A DNA stretch of 64,000 nucleotides from Kiritimatiellia bacterium (GTDB lineage: Bacteria > Verrucomicrobiota > Kiritimatiellia > RFP12 > UBA1067): the NCBI GenBank assembly GCA_016284515.1, contig JAEEOY010000274.1:14738-78737 (forward strand), read 5' to 3'. Both the position numbers and the translations under genes were made by a program. Of the stretch, positions 1-8,636 are shown piece by piece; the first letter of the stretch is position 1; every line of letters starts with the position of its first letter. The notes beneath the pieces are model-generated. The model searched no databases and was not told where the DNA came from. It was given only the letters and a program-made list of their open reading frames with translations.

Positions 1-320
1 TTGTCGTCGGCTAGCCCGAGCAGGAATAAGACGCCGGCAAGCGCGGACACGCGCAGCGGGTGCACCCCAACGCCCGATCCGACCCAGCGGCTTCCGGTCG
101 CGAGGACGTAGACAACGAACGAGCCGAAGAGCCCGAGGAAGAGCGCGACGCCTCCGCCACGCGGAATCGGAACCTTGTTGATGCGGCGAGGATCAGGCTT
201 GTCGACCATGCCCAGCTTGCGGTTGAGCTCACGCACCACGGGAGTAAGAACAAGGGTAAGCGCAAGCGCCGCGAAGAAAACGATCGCAAACGGCATCAGA
301 CGCATCAGCAGGTTCGTCAT
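1..320 (-). CDS. Polyprenyl-phosphate sugar-1-phosphate transferase of the WecA/MraY family. Only the N-terminal ~106 aa are in the window; the gene runs past the window start. Missed by the ORF track because no stop codon lies in the window.
   Basis: Manual minus-strand translation from ATG at 320..318 gives MTNLLMRLMPFAIVFFAALALTLVLTPVVRELNRKLGMVDKPDPRRINKVPIPRGGGVALFLGLFG...LAGVLFLLGLADDN. The DKPxxRKxH/NxxPIPRxGG and GLxDD motifs are typical of WecA/MraY. The ATG overlaps the exosortase stop in an ATGA arrangement. Confidence 0.6.
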   Translation of the reverse strand, partial: MTNLLMRLMPFAIVFFAALALTLVLTPVVRELNRKLGMVDKPDPRRINKVPIPRGGGVALFLGLFGSFVVYVLATGSRWVGSGVGVHPLRVSALAGVLFLLGLADD

Positions 321-1843
321 TTCGCCCCTCCTTCGCCGCCGAGCGGTATCTGCGACAGCATCCAGGCGATTCCCGCGTCATCCGCGCGCGAAAGATGCAC
401 GCTCACCATGACCCACCTGTCGATGCGGTTGAGGATGCTCCTGTCGAGGACGTCGCGGAAGATTCGCGCAACATGGCTAGCCGTCGAATACCCTTCCTGG
501 TTGAAGAACGTGTACGCGAAGCCGAAGGACGGGGAATCCTTCGCCGAAAGCTCGATCATCCGCCAGTCGCGTCCGCAGACCTCGCGCGTACGCGGATTGC
601 GCATGGCGAAGCCCTGCGCGGGGAGGCAGAGCTCAGGTCGGTGGATGGAGCTCTTCGACTTTCCTCCGATGACGAGCGAGACGACCATCCAGTCTCCGTT
701 CTGCGCGACATAGCGCCGCTTGATGATCGTCGTGTCGGCAGGTAGGACCGTGAGCTCCGCCTCGGACGCCCCCAGCTCCTCCGACTCGAAGCCGGAAAGC
801 TCCCCAAGCGACAGACGCGGCGCCTCCGCCACGACGACATCTGGCGTAGCCGCCTGATAGAACATCAGCGGCACGATCAGGACGGCGGCGAAGGCAGGGA
901 CGAGCAACACGCCGCCCGCTGCACGCGGCAAAGTCCGACCGTCGCCAGCCGCAGGCCGCGGTTCTGACTCGTCGTCCGTCGCCTGCTGCGCGTCGCTGCC
1001 CCGTTCGAAGAGCCTCGTTATCGCCTCCCCCGTCGCCACCATGAGGAGGATCGCGACGGCGAAAACGACGAAGCCGGAGTAGTCGTGGTAGAAGCCGGTG
1101 GCGAAGTCGGACGACGCATAGTTCGCGACGAGGACGATGGAGAGGATGCGCGCGACGTTGCCGAGGATCGCGATCGGGACGGACGCCGCGAACAGGATTC
1201 CCCTTCTCAGCCACGTAGGCTGCGTGAAGTACGCGTAGCCCGCGGTAAGGGCCATCAGAGCGAAGAGCGAGCGGAGCCCGCTGCACGGGTCAGCCACGTC
1301 GATCGCGAACGAACCGTCTGCCGCGCCGACCATCGTACCCTGCTGGACTATGTCCGCACCTAGTCCGCGAGCGACCGCGAACGCCGTCGAGCTCGCGAGG
1401 AGCCTGAGGTGTACGGTTACCACGTCGAGGAACGTCGCGAGCGGGATGCAGAAGAGGAGAAACAGCGCAGGGAAGAGCACGGCCTTTGCCGTTGCGCGTC
1501 CGAAGAAAGCCCAGGGAACCGCGATGAGGAGTCCGACGAAGGCGACTATCTCGAACCGGAGCTGCACGCCCCTTACGCCGAGGAAGCCGAGCGCGAGGAA
1601 CGGCAGCGCAAAGACGAGCCCCGCCCAGGACGGCGCGCCGAGCGATGCGAGAACCTTGTCGCGCTCGGTCCAGAGAACGTAGAGGGAGAAGAGCGGAACG
1701 TACCAGCCGAAGGACATGTCCTCGATCTCGGCGCGGAACATATCAGGCGCGTGGTGGAGGATCATCGCGTTGAACCCCCACGCAATCGCGGCCAGGACGA
1801 CCGCCATGAGACCGAACCGGACCTTTGCTTCCCTCGTCATCAT
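317..1843 (-). CDS. Exosortase (EpsH/Xrt family) with a fused C-terminal EpsI-like domain.
   Basis: Polytopic N-terminal half carries the exosortase signature IDVADPCSGLRSLFALMAL (catalytic Cys) and ILGNVARILSIVLV (N..R motif). The C-terminal ~200 aa are soluble, consistent with an EpsI-type domain. Translationally coupled to the downstream wecA-like gene. Confidence 0.65.
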   Translation of the reverse strand: MMTREAKVRFGLMAVVLAAIAWGFNAMILHHAPDMFRAEIEDMSFGWYVPLFSLYVLWTERDKVLASLGAPSWAGLVFALPFLALGFLGVRGVQLRFEIVAFVGLLIAVPWAFFGRATAKAVLFPALFLLFCIPLATFLDVVTVHLRLLASSTAFAVARGLGADIVQQGTMVGAADGSFAIDVADPCSGLRSLFALMALTAGYAYFTQPTWLRRGILFAASVPIAILGNVARILSIVLVANYASSDFATGFYHDYSGFVVFAVAILLMVATGEAITRLFERGSDAQQATDDESEPRPAAGDGRTLPRAAGGVLLVPAFAAVLIVPLMFYQAATPDVVVAEAPRLSLGELSGFESEELGASEAELTVLPADTTIIKRRYVAQNGDWMVVSLVIGGKSKSSIHRPELCLPAQGFAMRNPRTREVCGRDWRMIELSAKDSPSFGFAYTFFNQEGYSTASHVARIFRDVLDRSILNRIDRWVMVSVHLSRADDAGIAWMLSQIPLGGEGGAK

Positions 1844-1862
1844 TGCACGTTGCGCGAAACCG

Positions 1863-2672
1863 TCAGCGGTACACGGACCTCGGACGCTGCATTTTCACCT
1901 TGGGCTCCTCGAGGAGCAGCGAGTACCACTGGTCGCCGAGTCCCGAGTTGTTGAAGTGGGCGACGCGGTTGTTCATGAGGCACTCGTGGTTGCGCTTGAG
2001 GACCTCGTTGTCGGAGTTCTTGAGCGCTTCGGTGAGCGCTTTGAACGCCTCGTCGACCTTGCCGCGCTTCACGAGTATCCAGCTCCATGTCGCCGCAAGG
2101 AGGACGTTCTGGTTGTAGCGGAGCCTGCGGACTCCCTTCGTGTACGTCTTCTCCATCTTCTCGATCGGCTCGTCGAGCATCTGCTCGCGCGCGAGCTTGA
2201 TCGCCACCGTGTTCGGATCGAGGAACATCGCCTTCGGCATAAGTGCGTCCACGGCCTTGAAGTCGCGGATCATCCAGTTGAGCTGGAGCTGCGCCGTGGC
2301 CATCTGTCGCTCGATCATCGGCACCCAGAGCTTGTATTTGCGAAGGCTCTCCGTGGCGGCGAGAGCATCCTTCACGAACACGCGCGTGTCGTCCGCGATC
2401 TCCTTCTGCGCAGCCTGGATGGACCCGGGCGGACGCATCTGCCAGCGCTGCATCTTCTGCTGCAGGCGCTTCTGGCCGGCTTCAAGGATGCACTGCACAG
2501 TCGTCATGTCGGCCTTGACGCGCTTCTGGATGAAGTAGCCCACGGCGAACTGGAAGACGCCGAAGGTGAGAAGACCGAGAAAGACGCTCCAGCCCAGACC
2601 AAGGTCAGCACCCCAGTGGGCCGCCGAAAACCCGCCGAAAGCGGCGGCTATAGCGATAAACAATGTAACCAT
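1863..2672 (-). CDS. Hypothetical membrane-anchored protein; first gene of the exosortase operon.
   Basis: 269-aa ORF with two N-terminal TM segments and a helical soluble domain. Lies 20 bp upstream of the exosortase on the same strand. A promoter sits immediately 5' of it. Confidence 0.5.
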   Translation of the reverse strand: MVTLFIAIAAAFGGFSAAHWGADLGLGWSVFLGLLTFGVFQFAVGYFIQKRVKADMTTVQCILEAGQKRLQQKMQRWQMRPPGSIQAAQKEIADDTRVFVKDALAATESLRKYKLWVPMIERQMATAQLQLNWMIRDFKAVDALMPKAMFLDPNTVAIKLAREQMLDEPIEKMEKTYTKGVRRLRYNQNVLLAATWSWILVKRGKVDEAFKALTEALKNSDNEVLKRNHECLMNNRVAHFNNSGLGDQWYSLLLEEPKVKMQRPRSVYR

Positions 2673-2679
2673 GCGGTAT

Positions 2680-2688
2680 ATTATACCA
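2680..2688 (-). promoter_or_regulatory. Extended -10 promoter TGGTATAAT only 7 nt upstream of the ATG of the 1863..2672 gene, implying a leaderless or near-leaderless transcript.
   Basis: The minus strand reads ttaTGGTATAATataccgcATG. The same TGnTATAAT pattern recurs upstream of glgB, exbB, GH3 number 2, the giant PA14 protein and the phage operons. Confidence 0.4.
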
Positions 2689-2964
2689 TAAAACGCCTAA
2701 GCGCGCATAGTGGGAAAATTGCAGCAATTTTAACAAATTATAGTACTTTTGTGTTTTCGTTGCCGCTCGTCGCCGCCCTGTTTCAGTCAGTTTTGCAACC
2801 TTTTTACAACTGCCGAAAATCCCCCGAAAATTGTGTGTACCCATAGTAATTCTATGGCAACATCAAGAAGCCCCCCCCGTGACGGGCAACAGCCGTGAAA
2901 ATCCGCCGCGAGGGGTGTGAGACTTGACCTATCACCCGATAGGCAAAGTCTTTAAGAGGAAAAT

Positions 2965-3474
2965 TCAATCATCGCGAATCAAACCGTCCGCCCCGGCATT
3001 GACCAACCGATTCATCTTGCGAGGGTCGCGAAAAATCAGATGCGTTTTCGCCGCCGTGACAAAATAGACTTTGATTGTCGCCACGGTCATATGCGAATAC
3101 GCGCCATTCGGACGATTGTATTCTATCTCAATACCGTCAGTGTCAACAGTAGCGGGCGTGCCGCTGCTGGATTTCTGTTCGGCCTTGAACTCGCGTGTTT
3201 GCATCGAGTAATTGCACGGGAACCGACCGCGAATGCAGTTAACCTCCGACGGGAAGGCTTCAGTCCAGTACGGCGACAGCCATTGTACATAGTAGGAAGC
3301 GGGGTCATCTGGAAAGCGCGGTGCCGTTTTGTTCGACTCTAGATACACCTGCCCGAATGCATATAGATAACGATGCGTTTTCCGCCCCGTCGCAAGGGTA
3401 GCGGGGTCCACGGTTTCGGTCGCTTGCAGAACGCCGTCGCGATAAACTTCAAGGATCATGTTGCCGTCGTCCAT
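2965..3474 (-). CDS. Phage hypothetical protein, last gene of the late operon.
   Basis: 169-aa ORF in the prophage late block. No recognisable family. Confidence 0.45.
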   Translation of the reverse strand: MDDGNMILEVYRDGVLQATETVDPATLATGRKTHRYLYAFGQVYLESNKTAPRFPDDPASYYVQWLSPYWTEAFPSEVNCIRGRFPCNYSMQTREFKAEQKSSSGTPATVDTDGIEIEYNRPNGAYSHMTVATIKVYFVTAAKTHLIFRDPRKMNRLVNAGADGLIRDD

Positions 3475-4379
3475 TCCTGACTTAGGGGGGTAGTGTCGAT
3501 ATACGAATATGCCTCTTGCCCTAGTGTAAACTGTCCATTTGAGATGCCGAGCGGCTGTTTGGTAATGCGCAGCTTCCAGTCGCCGTTATAGATTGCATAT
3601 GATATGCCCGTCACAACATCGACGGTGTTTGTCGGTAGGGTGTTCTGTAGATGCCCTATGCTCATGTATTTCAGTGTACCACCGTCCCGCACCACTATCG
3701 TCGGCGTGCTTCCTGTCGCTTCAAGTTCCTGCGCCAATGTGTTGGCAGACGTCGGCGTGCCCGTGTTCCACCCCTTTATCTGCAGTTCGCCCTCATGGGT
3801 ATTGTCGGCACCCTGTGCGGGGTCATGCGGTATGAACTCTGTAGACACATCGTCAGGCGAGACGGACTCGCCGCCAGTACCGCCCCCGAACACAACGGTG
3901 GAATCTACGAATTGCTTTACCCGCTTCGCCCCTGTATTGTCATCCGACTCCAGTTGCGCCACTAGCAGATTGATTACACTTTCGCCTGTTGTCGCCTGTC
4001 CTTCGGAATCGGAAAACTCCGCGCTTGGCGATCCTGTGGCGTCGGGGTCGGGAATGTGCGCGACGAGCCAAACCTCCTCCGAATCGCTCTCAATCCCGCT
4101 TATAGTGTACCATCCCGACGGCAAAACGGAAGCCGCAGATATGCCGCTTGGGGTGAGATAGGCCTTGTCATGCATTACAAGTTGCGAAGTGTCGGGGAGC
4201 CATATCACCCATGCACCTTCGCCGCTTGATTCCGACTGCGACCAGCGCACCGTGAACGGCGGCGGGTAGTCGTCGGGCGAAATAGTGGCGGACGAGTATG
4301 TCGGGGCCGTGGCGTCGGACGCGCCGCGAACGATGCGCGTCAATGCACGCGCCGCCTTCTGCGAGATTACGAAAGCCAT
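3456..4379 (-). CDS. Phage hypothetical virion protein, Ser/Thr/Gly-rich.
   Basis: 307-aa ORF in the structural block. Its start overlaps the stop of the upstream gene at 4379. Confidence 0.45.
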   Translation of the reverse strand: MAFVISQKAARALTRIVRGASDATAPTYSSATISPDDYPPPFTVRWSQSESSGEGAWVIWLPDTSQLVMHDKAYLTPSGISAASVLPSGWYTISGIESDSEEVWLVAHIPDPDATGSPSAEFSDSEGQATTGESVINLLVAQLESDDNTGAKRVKQFVDSTVVFGGGTGGESVSPDDVSTEFIPHDPAQGADNTHEGELQIKGWNTGTPTSANTLAQELEATGSTPTIVVRDGGTLKYMSIGHLQNTLPTNTVDVVTGISYAIYNGDWKLRITKQPLGISNGQFTLGQEAYSYIDTTPLSQEWTTAT

Positions 4380-5371
4380 TATTCGCCTCCATTCACTATC
4401 GTGTTGTCATCATCGTCGGGCGCGGGAGGGGTCGGCGGTTCTGAATAGAACCACTCCGGGAAGTCCGCGCGCTTGTATGCGTGGAAGGTCAGGACTATAG
4501 GCGTCGCCTGTCCCTGCGAGTCTCTTGTCTGCGCCCCGCCGTGTCCGTCGAGAAGTTCGGGGGCCATGACCGTGGCGGGTTGTCCCGTTTCCTTGCTGAC
4601 AACCTGTATAAGTTTGAGTTTGTGAGTAGTCGAGTCAATCTCCCTCATGCCCGCGTCAACCACTGCGGCGTCCCACCCGATTTCTCCGTCAGACGGCGGG
4701 TAGTTGTTCGTCACGACGTTTGAACGGTAGCGCAGATGAATGGTATATTCATACGGCAGCCGCCACTCCCCGATAATCTTCCGTTCGGCTATTGTGCAAA
4801 GAAGAGTCCCCGGCGCGCAAGTGACGTCTCCGATTGTGATTTCAGCCGAATTGACCTTGCATAGGAACGCGGAATACCCCGTCTTGCGCTCCGAACACTG
4901 TATCACCTTCGTGAAGGTCGGCGCGGGCGCGTTCACCATTGGAACGGAGTCGAACGGGTCGCCCGCCGAATTGACGACAGGCTTAGCCGCTTCGTTTCCG
5001 ACGGCAACAGACGCGACAAGTTCCTTCTCGCCTGTCCCATCATCCCATCCCCACTCTTTCACGGCCTCGATATATTCGGGATGCTCCGGGTCGAGCGGTT
5101 CAATGGATGTGGGGCCGTAGTTCACCGTTACATCGAGCGTGTTCTTCGCCGCGCCGTCGGGCTGCGTAACGTCGTATGAGAGCGCGTAGAGTCCGGGACG
5201 GGTTGGATGCTCCGAGCCGATGGCGGGGACCCCCGGAAACTCCGTCGGGAGTTCCGTCGCGGCGAGGGGTTCAGTTAGAACGAGCTGATACTTGATGCTT
5301 ACGTCGCCCGCGCCGTTCTGCCCTACCTTGTAGGACCGCCCCGCCTTTACGATTGTTTCTTTTACTGTCAT
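4379..5371 (-). CDS. Phage hypothetical structural protein.
   Basis: 330-aa ORF on the same strand and in the same block as the other structural genes. Confidence 0.45.
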   Translation of the reverse strand: MTVKETIVKAGRSYKVGQNGAGDVSIKYQLVLTEPLAATELPTEFPGVPAIGSEHPTRPGLYALSYDVTQPDGAAKNTLDVTVNYGPTSIEPLDPEHPEYIEAVKEWGWDDGTGEKELVASVAVGNEAAKPVVNSAGDPFDSVPMVNAPAPTFTKVIQCSERKTGYSAFLCKVNSAEITIGDVTCAPGTLLCTIAERKIIGEWRLPYEYTIHLRYRSNVVTNNYPPSDGEIGWDAAVVDAGMREIDSTTHKLKLIQVVSKETGQPATVMAPELLDGHGGAQTRDSQGQATPIVLTFHAYKRADFPEWFYSEPPTPPAPDDDDNTIVNGGE

Positions 5372-5385
5372 TTCTGCCGCCTTTC

Positions 5386-6009
5386 TTAAGTTGTTCTTCT
5401 TTTGGCCATTTGCCGCGCAAGATCTTTATAGAACGCCCCCTGCGCCCATTCCTTCAGATGCTTGTCAACATACGCGCCGAACGGTTCGGGTAGCACGCGG
5501 CGCGGATTGTGCGCGTATTCGCGCGGTATGTCCTTGATGCCGAGTTCGTGCCAATAGTGCCTCCAACTGTTGTCGGCCAAATCATTGTTGCCGACCGCGT
5601 CCTGGAAGTTGACCGCCCATTTCGCCAGCCGCTTGGGCCATCCGATGAATTGGGTATCTCCGATTTTGTAGGATACAATAACGTGCCGTTCGTTCAGTAT
5701 TCCGCCCATCGGAGACGTGCGCCCCCGCTTTGCGCGCAGCTCCTTCGTGAACTGCTCGAAGTCCTTGAACTTCGGGACGCCCTCAACTCCGCCCGACCGC
5801 GTGATTACCTTCTGCAGTTTGTCGCGGAGCCCCTTACACGCCCGCCCATAGGATTTAGTCCAGAGCCGCCGCTCGTCTATCCCGTTTTTCGCCGCCCATA
5901 TCTCCAACTCTTTGAAAGAGACGTCGAGAACAACGGTCTTGTTCCGCCCGCGCCCCTGCGAGAGCGTGACGCCTCTTCCTCCGAGCGAGAATGTTCCGAG
6001 CTTCGCCAT
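5386..6009 (-). CDS. Phage hypothetical protein.
   Basis: 207-aa ORF. It starts 4 nt after the stop of the upstream gene. Confidence 0.45.
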   Translation of the reverse strand: MAKLGTFSLGGRGVTLSQGRGRNKTVVLDVSFKELEIWAAKNGIDERRLWTKSYGRACKGLRDKLQKVITRSGGVEGVPKFKDFEQFTKELRAKRGRTSPMGGILNERHVIVSYKIGDTQFIGWPKRLAKWAVNFQDAVGNNDLADNSWRHYWHELGIKDIPREYAHNPRRVLPEPFGAYVDKHLKEWAQGAFYKDLARQMAKRRTT

Positions 6010-6013
6010 AGCC

Positions 6014-6361
6014 TTATGAAAGCGGCGCGCGGACGTCAGCCGTGCAGCGCATTATGATATACCCGTCCATTGCGCGGGTAGTCTGTTGTACCGTGAGGGT
6101 TACGCCGGGGGCGATTGTCAGCTCATCGCCAATCTTGACAAGAGCGGCGAGCGCGTTGTCGGGATTGGCGCAAGGAACGCGAACGGTCCACGGGTTCGCC
6201 GCCAGTCCGTCCCGCGTAGGTCCCGCGCTCTCGCTCTGGCTTTCGCCCTCCAGTACCTGCGCGCGAAATGTGCCGCGCCTGTGAGGTTCGGCATCCTCCG
6301 TCCACATGACTTCGCGCAACATCGGCGCGAGGGCCTTTTCATTCACGAATTTGATGTGCAT
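6014..6361 (-). CDS. Phage hypothetical protein.
   Basis: 115-aa ORF in the late block. Confidence 0.4.
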   Translation of the reverse strand: MHIKFVNEKALAPMLREVMWTEDAEPHRRGTFRAQVLEGESQSESAGPTRDGLAANPWTVRVPCANPDNALAALVKIGDELTIAPGVTLTVQQTTRAMDGYIIMRCTADVRAPLS

Positions 6362-6513
6362 TGCCTGTTCCTTTCGCCTGTTGCCGCAGAACGCGCCGTC
6401 CTGCGCCTGCGCCGCGTTTCAAGGGACCCGCCCCTGCGCTGATACGGCTTTCGCGCCGTGCGCTTCCAGCCCCCTTGTCGTGCGTGTCGCGCGATTGCGG
6501 CGAAATTGCGTTG

Positions 6514-7074
6514 TCACGGGGTGCAATCGTCGCAAGGTGCGCATTGTCCGTTTTCGCACTTCACCACCATCGAACCCCCGTCCTTCGTGGGAACGGTAAC
6601 GGTGCCGCTCGTCTTTTCGGACATCATTTTCAGCACGGCTTGAGCCCCCGAGTCAGTAAGCTTCTCAAGAACCCCCTTAGATGCGTCCGTGGCGTTCTTG
6701 ATTGCATCGTTATAGGCAACGTCAATATCTGGCTTAATGTCCATTGTTGGCGTGGCGGTCTGCGTCTCCGTCGATCCCGCCGAGTCAGCGGATGCGAGCG
6801 CACCGTCGCCCAGGGAGATATGCACCGTGTTGCTTTTCGCATCATCCCCGACCTTGACGATTATGTCGCCATAGGTCGCCGTTGTCGCGCGTGAAGCGGG
6901 TTGTGTCTCCATGCACCCGGCGAGAGCGAGGGAAACAACGGCGAAAATGCAAGCGGGCGTGCAGTTTGAGCATCCGCTCTTTTTCGCCTTAACCTTCGCC
7001 GCCAGCTTTTCGGCTATCTTCGCCTTGCCTTTTGCGATTTTCTCCTTTATGGTTTTCTTGACCTTCATGTGCAT
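6514..7074 (-). CDS. Phage lipoprotein; candidate spanin or virion lipoprotein.
   Basis: Lys-rich N-terminus followed by a hydrophobic stretch and the lipobox LALAGC. Thr/Ser-rich mature part with a Cys-rich C-terminus. Confidence 0.45.
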   Translation of the reverse strand: MHMKVKKTIKEKIAKGKAKIAEKLAAKVKAKKSGCSNCTPACIFAVVSLALAGCMETQPASRATTATYGDIIVKVGDDAKSNTVHISLGDGALASADSAGSTETQTATPTMDIKPDIDVAYNDAIKNATDASKGVLEKLTDSGAQAVLKMMSEKTSGTVTVPTKDGGSMVVKCENGQCAPCDDCTP

Positions 7075-7083
7075 GCCTCCTGT

Positions 7084-7368
7084 TTAGTTGTTTGTGAAAA
7101 TCTTTTCCGCCGCATAGCGGAGTCCGACAAGCGCGGGAATGAGCCACATGAGCCAGACTACCACGCGACGCACGATGTCGCGCGCCGTTTTCCCCCATTC
7201 CGCCCGTTCCGCATAAAGATGGTTCAACTGGTTTTTGATGTCGTCAAAACCGCGTCTGTTCTCGTCGCGGGAATCCTTCATTTCAGTTTCCACGCGAGTG
7301 AGGCGCGAGTCGATTTTATCAACCCGTTCATCGAGAGCCGCGAGCTTCTGGCTGTCTTTGTCTTCCAT
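7084..7368 (-). CDS. Small coiled-coil protein with a single C-terminal TM helix; candidate holin or lysis-accessory protein.
   Basis: 94 aa: a charged coiled-coil N-terminus and the hydrophobic segment VVVWLMWLIPALVGL near the C-terminus. Immediately upstream of the lipoprotein gene. Confidence 0.35.
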   Translation of the reverse strand: MEDKDSQKLAALDERVDKIDSRLTRVETEMKDSRDENRRGFDDIKNQLNHLYAERAEWGKTARDIVRRVVVWLMWLIPALVGLRYAAEKIFTNN

Positions 7369-7370
7369 GA

Positions 7371-8618
7371 CTACGCCCCCAAATCGGTTTCTTGATAGAG
7401 ACTGTCCCCGCCCTCCGTGTTGTCGGCGGTTTGTTGCGTGTTCTCCGCAATTTTCTTGAGTAGGTCGGTCTGTTTTTTCTGCTCGTTCTGGTAGTCGGGA
7501 CCCAACAGCGAGAGCCGCCGCGATGCGTTGCTTCCGCCCTCTATGAGTCCATTTGAAATCCGCACCGCCCGTTCCGCAGCCGCCTGTGTTGCCGCCTCCG
7601 GGGATGCCGCATTTCTCGCGCCCGTGTTCTTGGCCGCGCCTTCATAGTTGGCTTGGAAGTTACGCGCGGCTTCGAGCCGTGCGGCGAGTTCATCCGCGCG
7701 CTTCTGCATCCGCTCATCAATGTTGTCGTACTCAATGCCGAGTTCGCGCCATTCATCCATGTAGGCGTTGCTTACATTGTCCCAGACGTCGCCCCATGTG
7801 CCACCCGACCCGAAAAGCCCTTCATATATCGAACCGCCCAGCGCACCCAACGCACTGTAGAAAGATGTAAAGAACTTTTGGAAAGCGAGAAACGGCTTGA
7901 GAAGTATGTCCCCTACATTTTTCGCCCAGTAGGAAATCCACGCCGAAAGCGCCATCATCGACTGTCTGAACGAGCCGCCAAAATCTCCCGACACCCATTG
8001 CGCAACGGTGCCGAGAGCTTCGAGCCACAAGGTCTTGAATGTGCCTGTGAGTTCCGATACGCCGTCCGCTATATCGTCGGCGGCATTTGCCGACGCTTCG
8101 GAAATAGTGCCGAACGCGCCGACTACGCCTTGAAGAGCCGCCGTCCCGTTCTCGGCGGCATTTATTAGCGGCATAAAGTCGAGACCGCTCCGTCCGAAAG
8201 CCTTGACCGCTTCCTGTCCGCGCTTCGAAACGTCCTCAATCTTGCCAATCTCGCCTATTGTCTCATAGAACCCCGCAAGCCCGGAACGGCCTGTGTTTTT
8301 TTCCATGAGCGAGAAAGAACGGGCGAGTGAGTCAACATTAGCGCCCTGTATGCCGAGAACGCCGAGAGCCTGCGAGAGCTGCATCAGCTCGCCGCTCGTC
8401 GTGTTCGCCTTCATAGCGATGTCGGACAAGTGGGAAAGCTCGTCTATGCCGCCCTTTATCGCGCGTACCGACAGATACGCGCCAGCCGCCGCGAGCGCAC
8501 CGCCCATTACTTTCGAGATGCGGTTTCCCGCCGCGAGCGCGCGAGCCTGTATGCTCTGAAACGCGGTCGCGGTCTGGTCTTTCCCTCGTATCGCTATGTT
8601 ATGGGTTGATGTGCTCAT
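7371..8618 (-). CDS. Virion protein with tape-measure-like composition; either a tail tape-measure or an internal ejection protein.
   Basis: 415 aa, Gly/Ala-rich with hydrophobic central segments and coiled-coil ends, which is a TMP-like signature. It follows the large fibre gene. Confidence 0.4.
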   Translation of the reverse strand: MSTSTHNIAIRGKDQTATAFQSIQARALAAGNRISKVMGGALAAAGAYLSVRAIKGGIDELSHLSDIAMKANTTSGELMQLSQALGVLGIQGANVDSLARSFSLMEKNTGRSGLAGFYETIGEIGKIEDVSKRGQEAVKAFGRSGLDFMPLINAAENGTAALQGVVGAFGTISEASANAADDIADGVSELTGTFKTLWLEALGTVAQWVSGDFGGSFRQSMMALSAWISYWAKNVGDILLKPFLAFQKFFTSFYSALGALGGSIYEGLFGSGGTWGDVWDNVSNAYMDEWRELGIEYDNIDERMQKRADELAARLEAARNFQANYEGAAKNTGARNAASPEAATQAAAERAVRISNGLIEGGSNASRRLSLLGPDYQNEQKKQTDLLKKIAENTQQTADNTEGGDSLYQETDLGA

Positions 8619-8636
8619 TGGCGGTCTGTGCCTCCG

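Noticed and set aside
2673-2964. tRNA gene at the prophage junctions (also checked 30240..30434)
   Set aside because: No cloverleaf or T-loop (GTTCGAATC-like) sequence seen. Integration appears to be at a protein-gene 3' end or intergenic site rather than a tRNA.
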